From an uncultured Chloroflexia bacterium (GTDB lineage Bacteria > Chloroflexota > UBA6077 > JACCZL01), in the NCBI GenBank assembly GCA_963765765.1, contig CAVXYC010000023.1, positions 128,001 to 192,000 on the forward strand: a stretch of DNA of 64,000 nt, given 5' to 3'. The notes beneath the pieces are model-generated. The model worked only from the letters and a program-made list of their open reading frames with translations, searched no databases and was not told where the DNA came from. Both the position numbers and the translations under genes were made by a program. Of this stretch, positions 49,308 through 57,904 are shown piece by piece (position 1 is the first letter of the stretch; every line of letters begins with the position of its first letter).

Positions 49308-50459
49308 TTAGAGCCCCAGTCCGGCTCCAACGAGTCTCCCGAGACTGAAGGTCACGGCCGCGGCGGCGAGACCGAAGGCCACCTGGCGGATGCCGGAGCC
49401 GAGTGGCTGGCGGCCGGTGAACAGCGTGATGCCAGCGCCGATGACGAATAGAGCCACGGCGCTGGCGATAGCGCTGGCAACCACGGCACTGATGCCCCCC
49501 AAGAATACGTAAGGCAGCACGGGAATAATGGCGCCAATGGCAAACAGCACGAATGACGTCATTGCCGCGGTCCAGGCAGAACCGCCCAGACTCCCCGGGT
49601 CAATGCCCAGCTCCTCGCGCGCAAGGGTGTCCAGGGCCGTGTCGGGATTGGAGATGATCTGCGTCGCCATGGCTTTTGCCTGTGACGGCCCCAGGCCCTT
49701 TGCCAGATAGATCAGCTCCAGCTCCTGGCGCTCCTCATCCGGGATCTCCTCCAGCTCGGACTTCTCCATACTGAGCTGGCGCTCGTAAAGCTCGCGCGAG
49801 CTCTGCACCGAAAGCCATTCCCCCAACGCCATAGACACGGCGCCGGCCAGCATTCCGGCGAGGCCCGTGAATAGCACTTCCTGGCGACCAAGCGTAGCCC
49901 CAGCCACTCCCATCACCAGACTGAGGTTGGATACGAGGCCGTCGTTGGCGCCGAGCACAGCGGCGCGTAGCGCATTACCGCCTCCAGCGCGATGCCGTCT
50001 CTCGACCTGAGCCACGGACGGACCGGAGAGACCTGATCGGCCGCCGTGCGCGATGTGACGGAATATCCGCGCGTGTGAGCGCTCGTCCTTGTCCATACCC
50101 AGGGCGCGCGCATCTTGCTGCGATTCGTAGGCGATACTTCCGCCCGATTCCATGCCTTGCACCAGGGGCAGGATCAGGCCCACGCCGAACTTTCGAGCCA
50201 GCCAGCCGATGAATCGAACCTTGGAGCTGGGCTGGATCGTTGATACGTCCTGGCCAGCCTCCCCGAGCTTGCGTCTCCAAAGCCTGGCGTGGCCTTCTTC
50301 GGCTATCGCCAGTCGGTGATACACGATAGACAGCTCGGCTTGCGGATCGGCGTCGGCCAGCATTCGATACAGCGCTGCACCGTCAGTCTCGTTCTGGAGA
50401 TTGTCCCGGTAGCGCTCTATGTCCTTCTTGCTGGCTGTACGTATCAACTTCGTGCCCAC
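49308..50459 (-). CDS. VIT1/CCC1-family transporter with N-terminal rubrerythrin-like domain
   Basis: 'ETDGAALY', 'EEGHA', 'DERSH', 'LRAAVLGANDGLVSN'. Confidence 0.9.
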   Translation of the reverse strand: MGTKLIRTASKKDIERYRDNLQNETDGAALYRMLADADPQAELSIVYHRLAIAEEGHARLWRRKLGEAGQDVSTIQPSSKVRFIGWLARKFGVGLILPLVQGMESGGSIAYESQQDARALGMDKDERSHARIFRHIAHGGRSGLSGPSVAQVERRHRAGGGNALRAAVLGANDGLVSNLSLVMGVAGATLGRQEVLFTGLAGMLAGAVSMALGEWLSVQSSRELYERQLSMEKSELEEIPDEERQELELIYLAKGLGPSQAKAMATQIISNPDTALDTLAREELGIDPGSLGGSAWTAAMTSFVLFAIGAIIPVLPYVFLGGISAVVASAIASAVALFVIGAGITLFTGRQPLGSGIRQVAFGLAAAAVTFSLGRLVGAGLGL

Positions 50460-50610
50460 GACGAACTGGTCATTGCGTTCACTCTACGCCGGAGCGAGCA
50501 GAAAAGTCGCCGGTGGGTCCACAGGCTGAATTGCAGCATTGTCGAGTCCCTAGCTTAGCGAGCTTGGAGGGCGATGCTCAGTATTTACCTAAACGCAGAA
50601 TCTGGACATA

Positions 50611-50640
50611 TTGACGCAATAGATTAGTGTGCACTAATAT
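50611..50640 (+). promoter_or_regulatory. Sigma70-type promoter overlapped by a DtxR/MntR-like palindrome
   Basis: TTGACG (50611) - 18 nt - TAATAT (50635); inverted repeat ATTAGTG-TG-CACTAAT at 50623-50638. Confidence 0.6.
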
Positions 50641-50819
50641 CGGGCAGTCGCATGTGCGAATTGGACGGGCGGCGCGCCGAACCGCGGTTGGTCCTCGCGA
50701 TGCGGAACCAGCTTTTGTGTCCACCTTGGAGCTTCGGCTTCGATTCCCGCGGGGGAGATTGATGTCATGACATTCATCGCTGACCTACTTATCCTTTCAC
50801 CCTCAACGCTGTTATTCGA

Positions 50820-51338
50820 GTGGTCGACATGGCATCGATGATGTTCGGCACAGTCTGTCGTCTCGAGGTGCGCGAGGTTCGACCATCCCTCATCGAGTCG
50901 CTGCCCGCCACCGTTGTGCTGACAACCGGAGCTCATAGCCATGGCCCATCGCTCGGCCTGTCGATTTCCAACTCCGATGCTCACGCCCTCGTTCACGAGC
51001 TGGCCGGCCGCGCCACGTTACGACGACAGTCTCTTCAGTTTGCAACACGGCTTGCAGACTCGCTCGGCTGCGCTCTGCAGTCCGTTCGGCTCCACTCAAT
51101 TGCTCCCGGCGTGATCCGGGCCACCGTTCAGTGCTCGCAGAATGGTCGCCCAATCGACATTCCGGCAGAGCCGTGTCAGTGCCTCACGCTGGCGATTGTG
51201 AACGACCTGCCGATTTTCTTCGACGGGGAGCTCGAGGACGATCTGGATCAAGCTCACGCTCACGCCGAAGGCTCGCTGGACAACTGTCTCGTAGAGCATC
51301 GAGACGGAGCCTTCCGGACTCATCAGGGGGCGGTGTGA
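50820..51338 (+). CDS. Divergent bifunctional-nuclease (DUF151)-like protein
   Basis: 'LSISNSDAHAL', 'IRATV', 'IDIPAEPCQCLTLAIVNDLPIF' follow the DUF151 layout with altered conserved residues. Confidence 0.5.
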   Translation: MVDMASMMFGTVCRLEVREVRPSLIESLPATVVLTTGAHSHGPSLGLSISNSDAHALVHELAGRATLRRQSLQFATRLADSLGCALQSVRLHSIAPGVIRATVQCSQNGRPIDIPAEPCQCLTLAIVNDLPIFFDGELEDDLDQAHAHAEGSLDNCLVEHRDGAFRTHQGAV

Positions 51339-51985
51339 TGACCATTTCCCCGGTAACTCCAACAGCGGAAGGCCGCTCCAGCGTCATTGAGGTCATCAGC
51401 TCCCGACGGAGCTCCGGACGCGTGAGCGAGGATGTTCCGACCCGCGAGCTCATCGAGACGATGCTCGAGGCCGCTACCTGGGCGCCGAATCACCGACTCA
51501 CCCAGCCCTGGAGATACGTCGTGCTCGCGGGCGATGCGAGATTGGAGCTAGCTTCGGCCACTGTCAGGGCACAGATTCGGAGGGAACAGCCGTCGCCAGA
51601 TGAAATAGACCGACTCCACGAGATCGCGCGAACCAAGGTTCTGCGCGCTCCGCTGATCATCGCGGTTGGCGTCGAGCCGAGCCCCGATCCCAAGGTGCCT
51701 GAGATTGAAGAGGTCTGTGCTGGCGCTGCGGCTATTCAAAATATGCTCCTCACGGCGCATGAGCTGGGTCTCGCCGCAGTCTGGCGCACGGGAGACGCGT
51801 GCGCCGCTCTGGAGGTGAAACAGTTTCTCCACCTGACCGCCTCCTCACTTGTTCTCGGTTTTGTGTACGTAGGCTACCCATCGGCGCCGGCTCCCTCGAA
51901 ATCGCGCAGACCGGCGTCCGATTTCACCACCTGGTTGGGATATCCAAAGTCCAGTGAGGCCACGAATCATGCTGCAAGCGTCTGA
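51338..51985 (+). CDS. Nitroreductase (YdjA-like)
   Basis: 'SRRS', 'WAPNHRLTQPWRY', 'AAIQNMLLTAHELGL..WRTG'. Confidence 0.9.
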   Translation: MTISPVTPTAEGRSSVIEVISSRRSSGRVSEDVPTRELIETMLEAATWAPNHRLTQPWRYVVLAGDARLELASATVRAQIRREQPSPDEIDRLHEIARTKVLRAPLIIAVGVEPSPDPKVPEIEEVCAGAAAIQNMLLTAHELGLAAVWRTGDACAALEVKQFLHLTASSLVLGFVYVGYPSAPAPSKSRRPASDFTTWLGYPKSSEATNHAASV

Positions 51986-52259
51986 CTCGTGGCGTCCCTG
52001 GTGGGACGCTGATCCCGCTGAGGCAAGTCTTGTGAGCGTTGCTGAGCGCGCCGTCCGTCAATCAGCCAAATCGGATGAACCTGCTCCGCTGTTCGATGAA
52101 TCCCACGGGCTGCTCATCGTGCTGGCGGGCTCGCTAGTCTTTGATCTCCTCCATCAGCTTGGGGATGTAGTCCGCCGACGATTGGGCGCGCCTAGCGTTC
52201 AGACAGAGCTGCCGGACTGGATCAGGAATGAGACCTGGTCCACACATGAGGGGCGATGA
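51969..52259 (+). CDS. Small hypothetical protein
   Basis: Fills the gap between co-oriented genes; no motif. Confidence 0.35.
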   Translation: MLQASDSWRPWWDADPAEASLVSVAERAVRQSAKSDEPAPLFDESHGLLIVLAGSLVFDLLHQLGDVVRRRLGAPSVQTELPDWIRNETWSTHEGR

Positions 52260-52328
52260 CGTCTTTGGCGCGAGGACATTTGCGTTAGATTGCGCGCTTC
52301 CAGATTCCAACTTTTAGGAGATAAGAGA

Positions 52329-53549
52329 ATGGGTTCCATCGGTAGTCTCGTTCATTCTGTGTCAGCGCGGCGCCTCGCCCGGCTTCGGCGTTTACACCTT
52401 TCCGCGCTGGCCCTAGCTGGCGTTGTGGTGCTCACGGCATGCAGCCAGGCTGCTCCTGTGGCTCCGACCGCGAAAGCAAATGTTGTAAGCCAGGTCAGCG
52501 TCACTGATGTGGTTGGCCGAACAGTCCAGCTCAAACTGCCTGTGGAGCGCATGATCTTTGGTGAGGGGCGGCTCATTTACCTCTCGAGTTTGTTGGAGAA
52601 GGAGGATCCGTTCAAGCATCTCGTGGGTTGGCAGGAAGACCTTCGCACTGCCGATCTGGATACCTGGAACAAGTACCGTGAAGCTTTTCCGCAGATGGAC
52701 AAGGTCACCGAGTTCGGGACGATCGCCGGCGGAGCGTTCAGCGCCGAAAAGGCGATCGAGCTCAAGCCCGACGTCATGGTGTTGAGCGTAGATACCTACG
52801 GACCGGCTCAGAGCTCCGGGCTCATGGACAGGCTGGAGAAGGCCGGGATCCCGAGCGTTGTCCTCGATTTCCGACAGCAGCCGCTCGAGAACACGGTGCC
52901 CAGCACCATCCTGCTCGGCCGCATGCTCGGCAAGGAGCAGCAGGCGCAGCAGTTCGTCGATTTTTATCTCCGAGAGACCAATAAAGTCTTCTCGAAAGTC
53001 GACGGTCTCAAGACCCCGATTCCTAGCGTGTTCATGCACCGCGCTCCTGGGCTGATCGAGTGCTGTGCCACATTCGGTCGGGCAAACCTCGGAATGCTCA
53101 TCGAGCGGGCCGGCGGGAATAACCTCGGGTCGGGGAAGATCATGGGATGGTCAGGTACCTTCAACCCTGAGCAGGTGTTGACCAGCGATCCCGAGCTGAT
53201 CATTGCAACTGGCTCCAATTGGGACCAATCCGCTACCAAGCGGTCGGATGTCCAGTTTGTCAGGTTGGGCTACGGCGCAAAGACCGACGAGGCGCGCGCC
53301 CAGCTTCAAAAGCTTTCCGACCAACCTGGCTGGGGCAACCTTCAGGCTGTCAAGAACAAGAAGCTCTTTGCCGTCTGGCATCAGTTCTATAACTCGCCCT
53401 ACCACTTCGCCGTTTTGCAGCAGTTCGCCAAGTGGCTGCACCCCCAGGAGTTCGCTGAGCTCGACCCCGAAAAGTCGTTCCAGGATCTCCACGATCGGTT
53501 TCTTCCGATCAAGTACAGCGGGACGTTCTGGGTGGGTATCGGTGGATAG
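52329..53549 (+). CDS. Iron-siderophore/cobalamin-type ABC substrate-binding lipoprotein
   Basis: Lipobox 'LTAC', 'VTDVVGRTV', 'ELKPDV', 'WHQFYNSP'. Confidence 0.88.
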   Translation: MGSIGSLVHSVSARRLARLRRLHLSALALAGVVVLTACSQAAPVAPTAKANVVSQVSVTDVVGRTVQLKLPVERMIFGEGRLIYLSSLLEKEDPFKHLVGWQEDLRTADLDTWNKYREAFPQMDKVTEFGTIAGGAFSAEKAIELKPDVMVLSVDTYGPAQSSGLMDRLEKAGIPSVVLDFRQQPLENTVPSTILLGRMLGKEQQAQQFVDFYLRETNKVFSKVDGLKTPIPSVFMHRAPGLIECCATFGRANLGMLIERAGGNNLGSGKIMGWSGTFNPEQVLTSDPELIIATGSNWDQSATKRSDVQFVRLGYGAKTDEARAQLQKLSDQPGWGNLQAVKNKKLFAVWHQFYNSPYHFAVLQQFAKWLHPQEFAELDPEKSFQDLHDRFLPIKYSGTFWVGIGG

Positions 53550-53588
53550 CCGACGATTCTATGAGTGCTCGTAGCGTCTCTCCAGACC

Positions 53589-54683
53589 ATGACGCCGACA
53601 GCAAAAGCCGGCGCCGTGCCAGGCAGTACGATCTGGCGCGCGGCGACCGGTCGCCAGACGTACAGCCGGATCACGGGCCGCAAGCGCCTCATTCTGGCGG
53701 GCATGAGCCTCGCATTGGTCCTGTCCGTCCTGACGGACGTCGCCATAGGCCCGTCCGGGCTGACGATCTCGACGTCATCAGAATTATTGTCTTGCCCGAC
53801 GCGGGCGATATTCAACAGCGCGTCATCGTCTGGGAGATTCGTCTGCCCATGGCTCTCATGGCGATCGTCGTGGGCGCGTCGCTCTCGGTGGCTGGCGCGG
53901 AGATGCAAACGATTCTGAACAATCCGCTCGCCAGCCCTTTCACCCTCGGAGTGTCCGCGGCGGCGGGATTTGGCGCGGCTATAGCTCTCGTGCTGGGTGT
54001 GAGCATTCTGCCGTTTGCCGGGATCTTCTTCGTGGCGGGTAACGCGTTTGTCCTGGCGCTCATCGCTGCGTTGCTCATCTACTCATGCAGCATGCTGCGC
54101 GGCGTCAACGCGGAGACCATGGTGCTTCTGGGCATTGCTCTCGTCTTTATGTTCAACGCGTTGCTGGCATTACTCCAGTACGTCGCATCGGAACAGGCAC
54201 TCCAGCAGGTCGTGTTCTGGATGCTGGGTAGTCTGACGCGCGCGGACTGGCCAAAGGTTGGTCTCACCGCGGGTGTATTGCTTTTGTGTGACGCCATGCT
54301 TCGCACGCTGGGCATGGCACCTCACCGCCTTGCGTCTCGGTGATGAGCGAGCCCTCAGCCTTGGCGTTCCGGTGCGCAGGCTTCGGCTCGGCGTACTTCT
54401 TGGAGTGTCGCTACTGGCGGCAACGCCGGTAGCGTTTGTGGGCACTATAGGATTCGTTGGCCTGGTCGGTCCCCATGTCGCGCGCATGCTGGTGGGCGAG
54501 GACCAGCGTTATTTTCTCCCGACATCGCTGATCTGCGGAGCCTTGCTGCTCTCGGTCACTTCGATTGTGAGCAAATCGTTGATTCCTGGCGTGATCATCC
54601 CGATCGGAATCATCACGTCGATCGTCGGCGTTCCGTTCTTCCTCAGCTTGATCTTCACCCGTCGACGGCAGCTCTGGTCATGA
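53589..54683 (+). CDS. FecCD-family ABC permease; frameshifts near 53770 and 54290
   Basis: 'WEIRLP', 'NNPLASPFTLGVS', 'GTIGFVGLVGPH'. Confidence 0.88.
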
Positions 54684-55555
54684 GAGTCAACGTCGAGAAC
54701 CTCTGGTTCAGATACGGGAAGTCGCCAGTACTTCACGGAATTACTACGGGCGATATCGAATCCGGGCTCGTCACGGCCCTCATCGGCCCCAACGCGGCCG
54801 GAAAATCGACATTGCTTAAATGCATCGCGGGAATGCTGCACGGCGATGGCAGCATCTTGCTCGACGGTGCACCCGCGGAGCGATTCGACCGTGGGGGCGA
54901 ACGTGCCCGCGTGGTGAGCTATCTGCCGCAGGAGTACCCGAGTACCGCTGCCCTGACGGTTTTCGAGGCGGTGCTTCTGGCTCGGCAACATTCATCGTCG
55001 TGGCTGGTGAGTGATTCCGATCTGGAGCACGTTGAGCGGATTCTTACGGAGCTACGGCTCGATATGCTCGGCCTGCGCTACCTCAATGAGCTGAGTGGTG
55101 GACAACGGCAATTGGTGGCTGTTGCACAGGCGCTGGCTCGGGAGCCACGCGTCCTGCTTCTCGATGAGCCAACCAGCAGCCTGGATCTCCAGCGTCAGCT
55201 CGAGCTTTTTTCACTGGTGCGACGTGTCGCACTTGAGCGCGAGATGACCGTGATCATCGCCGTTCACGATCTCAACCTGGCCGCGCGTTTTTCCGACCGA
55301 TTGGTGGTCCTTCACCACGGCAGCGTTGTGGCCAGCGGAGAGCCCGCCGACGTGTTGACGCCAGATTTACTGTCTACCGTTTACGGCATCGAAGCGCGTG
55401 TCTCGCTGGATTCGGATCAGATTCCACAGATCACGCCTATTCGAGCCATAGGCGATCACGAAAGGAGTGTCACTCTTGACCCAGGAATCAATGACCCCGG
55501 CATCGGTGAAGGAGATCGTGCGGCAGCACTGGGGCCAACGCGCAGCAACATTTGA
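54680..55555 (+). CDS. FecE/FhuC-type ABC ATPase
   Basis: 'GPNAAGKSTL', 'LSGGQRQ', 'LLDEPTSSLD'. Confidence 0.92.
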   Translation: MRVNVENLWFRYGKSPVLHGITTGDIESGLVTALIGPNAAGKSTLLKCIAGMLHGDGSILLDGAPAERFDRGGERARVVSYLPQEYPSTAALTVFEAVLLARQHSSSWLVSDSDLEHVERILTELRLDMLGLRYLNELSGGQRQLVAVAQALAREPRVLLLDEPTSSLDLQRQLELFSLVRRVALEREMTVIIAVHDLNLAARFSDRLVVLHHGSVVASGEPADVLTPDLLSTVYGIEARVSLDSDQIPQITPIRAIGDHERSVTLDPGINDPGIGEGDRAAALGPTRSNI

Positions 55556-56159
55556 CGATGCCCCCAACCATGGTCTTCATTCGGACGAGCAGACCAGTGG
55601 CTGGCTCGAGCGGCTGCGTGCATGGTCTGAACTCGGAATGTTGGAGGTGCTGGACGTCGGTTGCGGCACCGGCTTTCTGGCGCTACTGCTCGCGCAATTG
55701 GGTCACACCGTAACCGGTGTGGACATCGCTTCGGCAATGCTGGACCGAGCACGCGAGAAGGCGTCGGCTCAGGGGCTGACCGTGGAGTTTCGACTGTCGG
55801 ATGGCGATCAGCTTCCGTTTCCTGATGCGTCATTTGACCTGGTTGTGGAGCGCCACGTGATATGGACGATGCCGGAACCTGCTCGTGCCCTTGAGGACTG
55901 GTTGCGCGTACTGCGAGCTGGCGCTCACCTGGTGCTGGTTGAAGGTGACTGGCGATCCACGGGTCACCCGGATTACGCGTCGATCCGCGATGCGCTTCCG
56001 CTCTATGGGGGACGACCGTCCGGGGAGCTGAAGGTAGTCGTCGAAAAAGCCGGCTTCGTGAACGTTTCAGTTGAGCCGCTCGATGACGCCGTGCTCTGGG
56101 GAAGCACGCCGGAGCGTGAGCGTTACGCGCTGCACGCGTGGAAACCATCGGCGGTCTGA
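55491..56159 (+). CDS. Class I SAM-dependent methyltransferase
   Basis: 'VLDVGCGTG', 'LPFPDASFD'. Confidence 0.9.
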   Translation: MTPASVKEIVRQHWGQRAATFDDAPNHGLHSDEQTSGWLERLRAWSELGMLEVLDVGCGTGFLALLLAQLGHTVTGVDIASAMLDRAREKASAQGLTVEFRLSDGDQLPFPDASFDLVVERHVIWTMPEPARALEDWLRVLRAGAHLVLVEGDWRSTGHPDYASIRDALPLYGGRPSGELKVVVEKAGFVNVSVEPLDDAVLWGSTPERERYALHAWKPSAV

Positions 56160-56252
56160 TTCATCGGCTTTACTGATTGCTCGTACAGTCCGGTCCTTGC
56201 TGTCCCTTGATGGCAGGGACTGAGACTTCCTCGCGAGCTCCCCTCTCACACG

Positions 56253-56283
56253 CGCCGCGGACGTTTCCGTCCGCGGCGTTTTT
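56253..56283 (+). terminator. Intrinsic terminator
   Basis: 'cgccgcggacg tttc cgtccgcggcg ttttt'. Confidence 0.7.
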
Positions 56284-56355
56284 ATCTGCCTGGACTGGGA
56301 CCGAGCCGACAGGATGTCGGCGGTCCCGGATACCCCGTTTATTATTGCTCCGAAT

Positions 56356-57213
56356 ATGAAAGACATCTTGCACGAGGAAGTGGCCGAGCTTCTCCGCGAA
56401 GTCGCGGCGGACATCGTGCTTCCGCGATTGCGGGCTCTCCGGGATGACGAACGGTGGGAGAAGTCGCCCGGAGAGATCGTTACTGTCGTCGATCGCGAGG
56501 CTGAAGCACGCCTTGCGGGTGGCCTCCTGAAGCTCTTGCCAGACTCACGGGTTGTGGGCGAGGAGGCTGTGGCTGCCGACTCCAGGCTACTCGAGGGACT
56601 GAACGAAGGAACGGTCTGGCTGGTGGATCCGCTGGATGGCACGGCTAATTTCGTTGCGGGGAGCGATCAGTTTTCGATGATGGTGGCTCTCGTGCGAAAT
56701 GGAGAAACAGTCGCTTCCTGGATGCTCGATCCAGTCCGCGGCGAGCTCGCTTTCGCGGAATTAGGCGGCGGAGCGTCTCTCGGCTCCCGCTGGTTGCGGG
56801 CGAGCGAAGATGTTCAGAGCTTAGACCTGATGCGTGGAGCGGTGCTTACCGGGTTTCTCCCTAGATCGTTGCACAAGTTGATGGAGGAAAACTGCGCTCG
56901 CTTTGCTGAAGTATTACCCGGGATGCGCTGTGCGGGTCACGAGTACCCCGCGGTCGCGTGCGGAGTGCAGGATTTCGCACTGTTCTGGCGCACTCTCCCC
57001 TGGGATCATGCGCCAGGGGTATTGTTTCTAAGTGAAGCCGGCGGGAAGGTCGCGCGCCTGGACGGGCGGCCGTATCGTCCCGCTGATAAGGGGAGCGGGC
57101 TTTTACTTGCCCGCAATGAAGCTGTCTGGCGGTCCGTTCACGCCTGCCTTTTCACAAATATTCCGCAGCCGATAATCCAATCGATGTGCGGACATGATCG
57201 GGACCAGGGGTGA
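56356..57213 (+). CDS. Inositol monophosphatase family protein
   Basis: 'VVGEE', 'WLVDPLDGTANF', 'PWDHAPG'. Confidence 0.92.
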   Translation: MKDILHEEVAELLREVAADIVLPRLRALRDDERWEKSPGEIVTVVDREAEARLAGGLLKLLPDSRVVGEEAVAADSRLLEGLNEGTVWLVDPLDGTANFVAGSDQFSMMVALVRNGETVASWMLDPVRGELAFAELGGGASLGSRWLRASEDVQSLDLMRGAVLTGFLPRSLHKLMEENCARFAEVLPGMRCAGHEYPAVACGVQDFALFWRTLPWDHAPGVLFLSEAGGKVARLDGRPYRPADKGSGLLLARNEAVWRSVHACLFTNIPQPIIQSMCGHDRDQG

Positions 57214-57271
57214 CCTTCCCACCGGTTTGCGCTGTACACTGCCAACATAACCCAAGGATGGAGACAACCCA

Positions 57272-57796
57272 TTGATTCGAACCCGTGTCGCGCCGCTCAT
57301 TGCTGCAGCCGCGCTCATGATGTCAGTGATGCCGGGCCAGGCCCATGCTGAAGGGGAGGGCTGTCCGCTCATCACAGAGGCCGACATGACGGGTGCGGTC
57401 GGAGCGCCGACAACGCTGCTGCCATTTGATGGCGCGGTGAACGAGATTGGGCGCGTCACGAGCTGCATTTTCACCGGCGAGTCGGGCTTTATTATCGTTA
57501 CGAGAGCCGTTGACGCTTTTGATGCCGAGGCACCGAACGAGATCTCGCCGGAACAGATTGCCCTGGTGAAGCGCGGTGATGAAGAAGTGAATTACCGACC
57601 GATTCAGGGCATCGGGGATACGGCGTTGTGGGCTCAAGTCGCGGATCCCGAGCTGGCCAAGGAGCGCATGCCCTTCTTGCTGGTCAAGGGAGGCCCGGAT
57701 CTCTATACCATCGGGTCTGATGATCTCGATGAGGCCAACGCTGAGGCCACGTCATTGGCGGTAGCCCGAACCCTTCTGGAGAAGCTCGGTACCTAG
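57272..57796 (+). CDS. Secreted hypothetical protein
   Basis: RBS GGAG, signal peptide ending 'AHA', 'CPLIT', 'GIGDTA'. Confidence 0.7.
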   Translation: MIRTRVAPLIAAAALMMSVMPGQAHAEGEGCPLITEADMTGAVGAPTTLLPFDGAVNEIGRVTSCIFTGESGFIIVTRAVDAFDAEAPNEISPEQIALVKRGDEEVNYRPIQGIGDTALWAQVADPELAKERMPFLLVKGGPDLYTIGSDDLDEANAEATSLAVARTLLEKLGT

Positions 57797-57819
57797 ATCA
57801 TCTGTCCGTGGCGACGGGC

Positions 57820-57904
57820 GTCGAGTAGCGAGTAACCAGTAAATTCTCCCGCTGACCGCTTCCCCGTTGTTACTCGGTACTCGCTACTGGTTACTCGCTA
57901 CTCG
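57820..57904. repeat. Inverted heptamer-repeat element (CGAGTAG/CCAGTAA units)
   Basis: 'cgagtagcgagtaaccagtaa' ... 'ttactcggtactcgctactggttactcgctactcg'; the last unit contains the molybdoenzyme stop codon. Confidence 0.75.
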
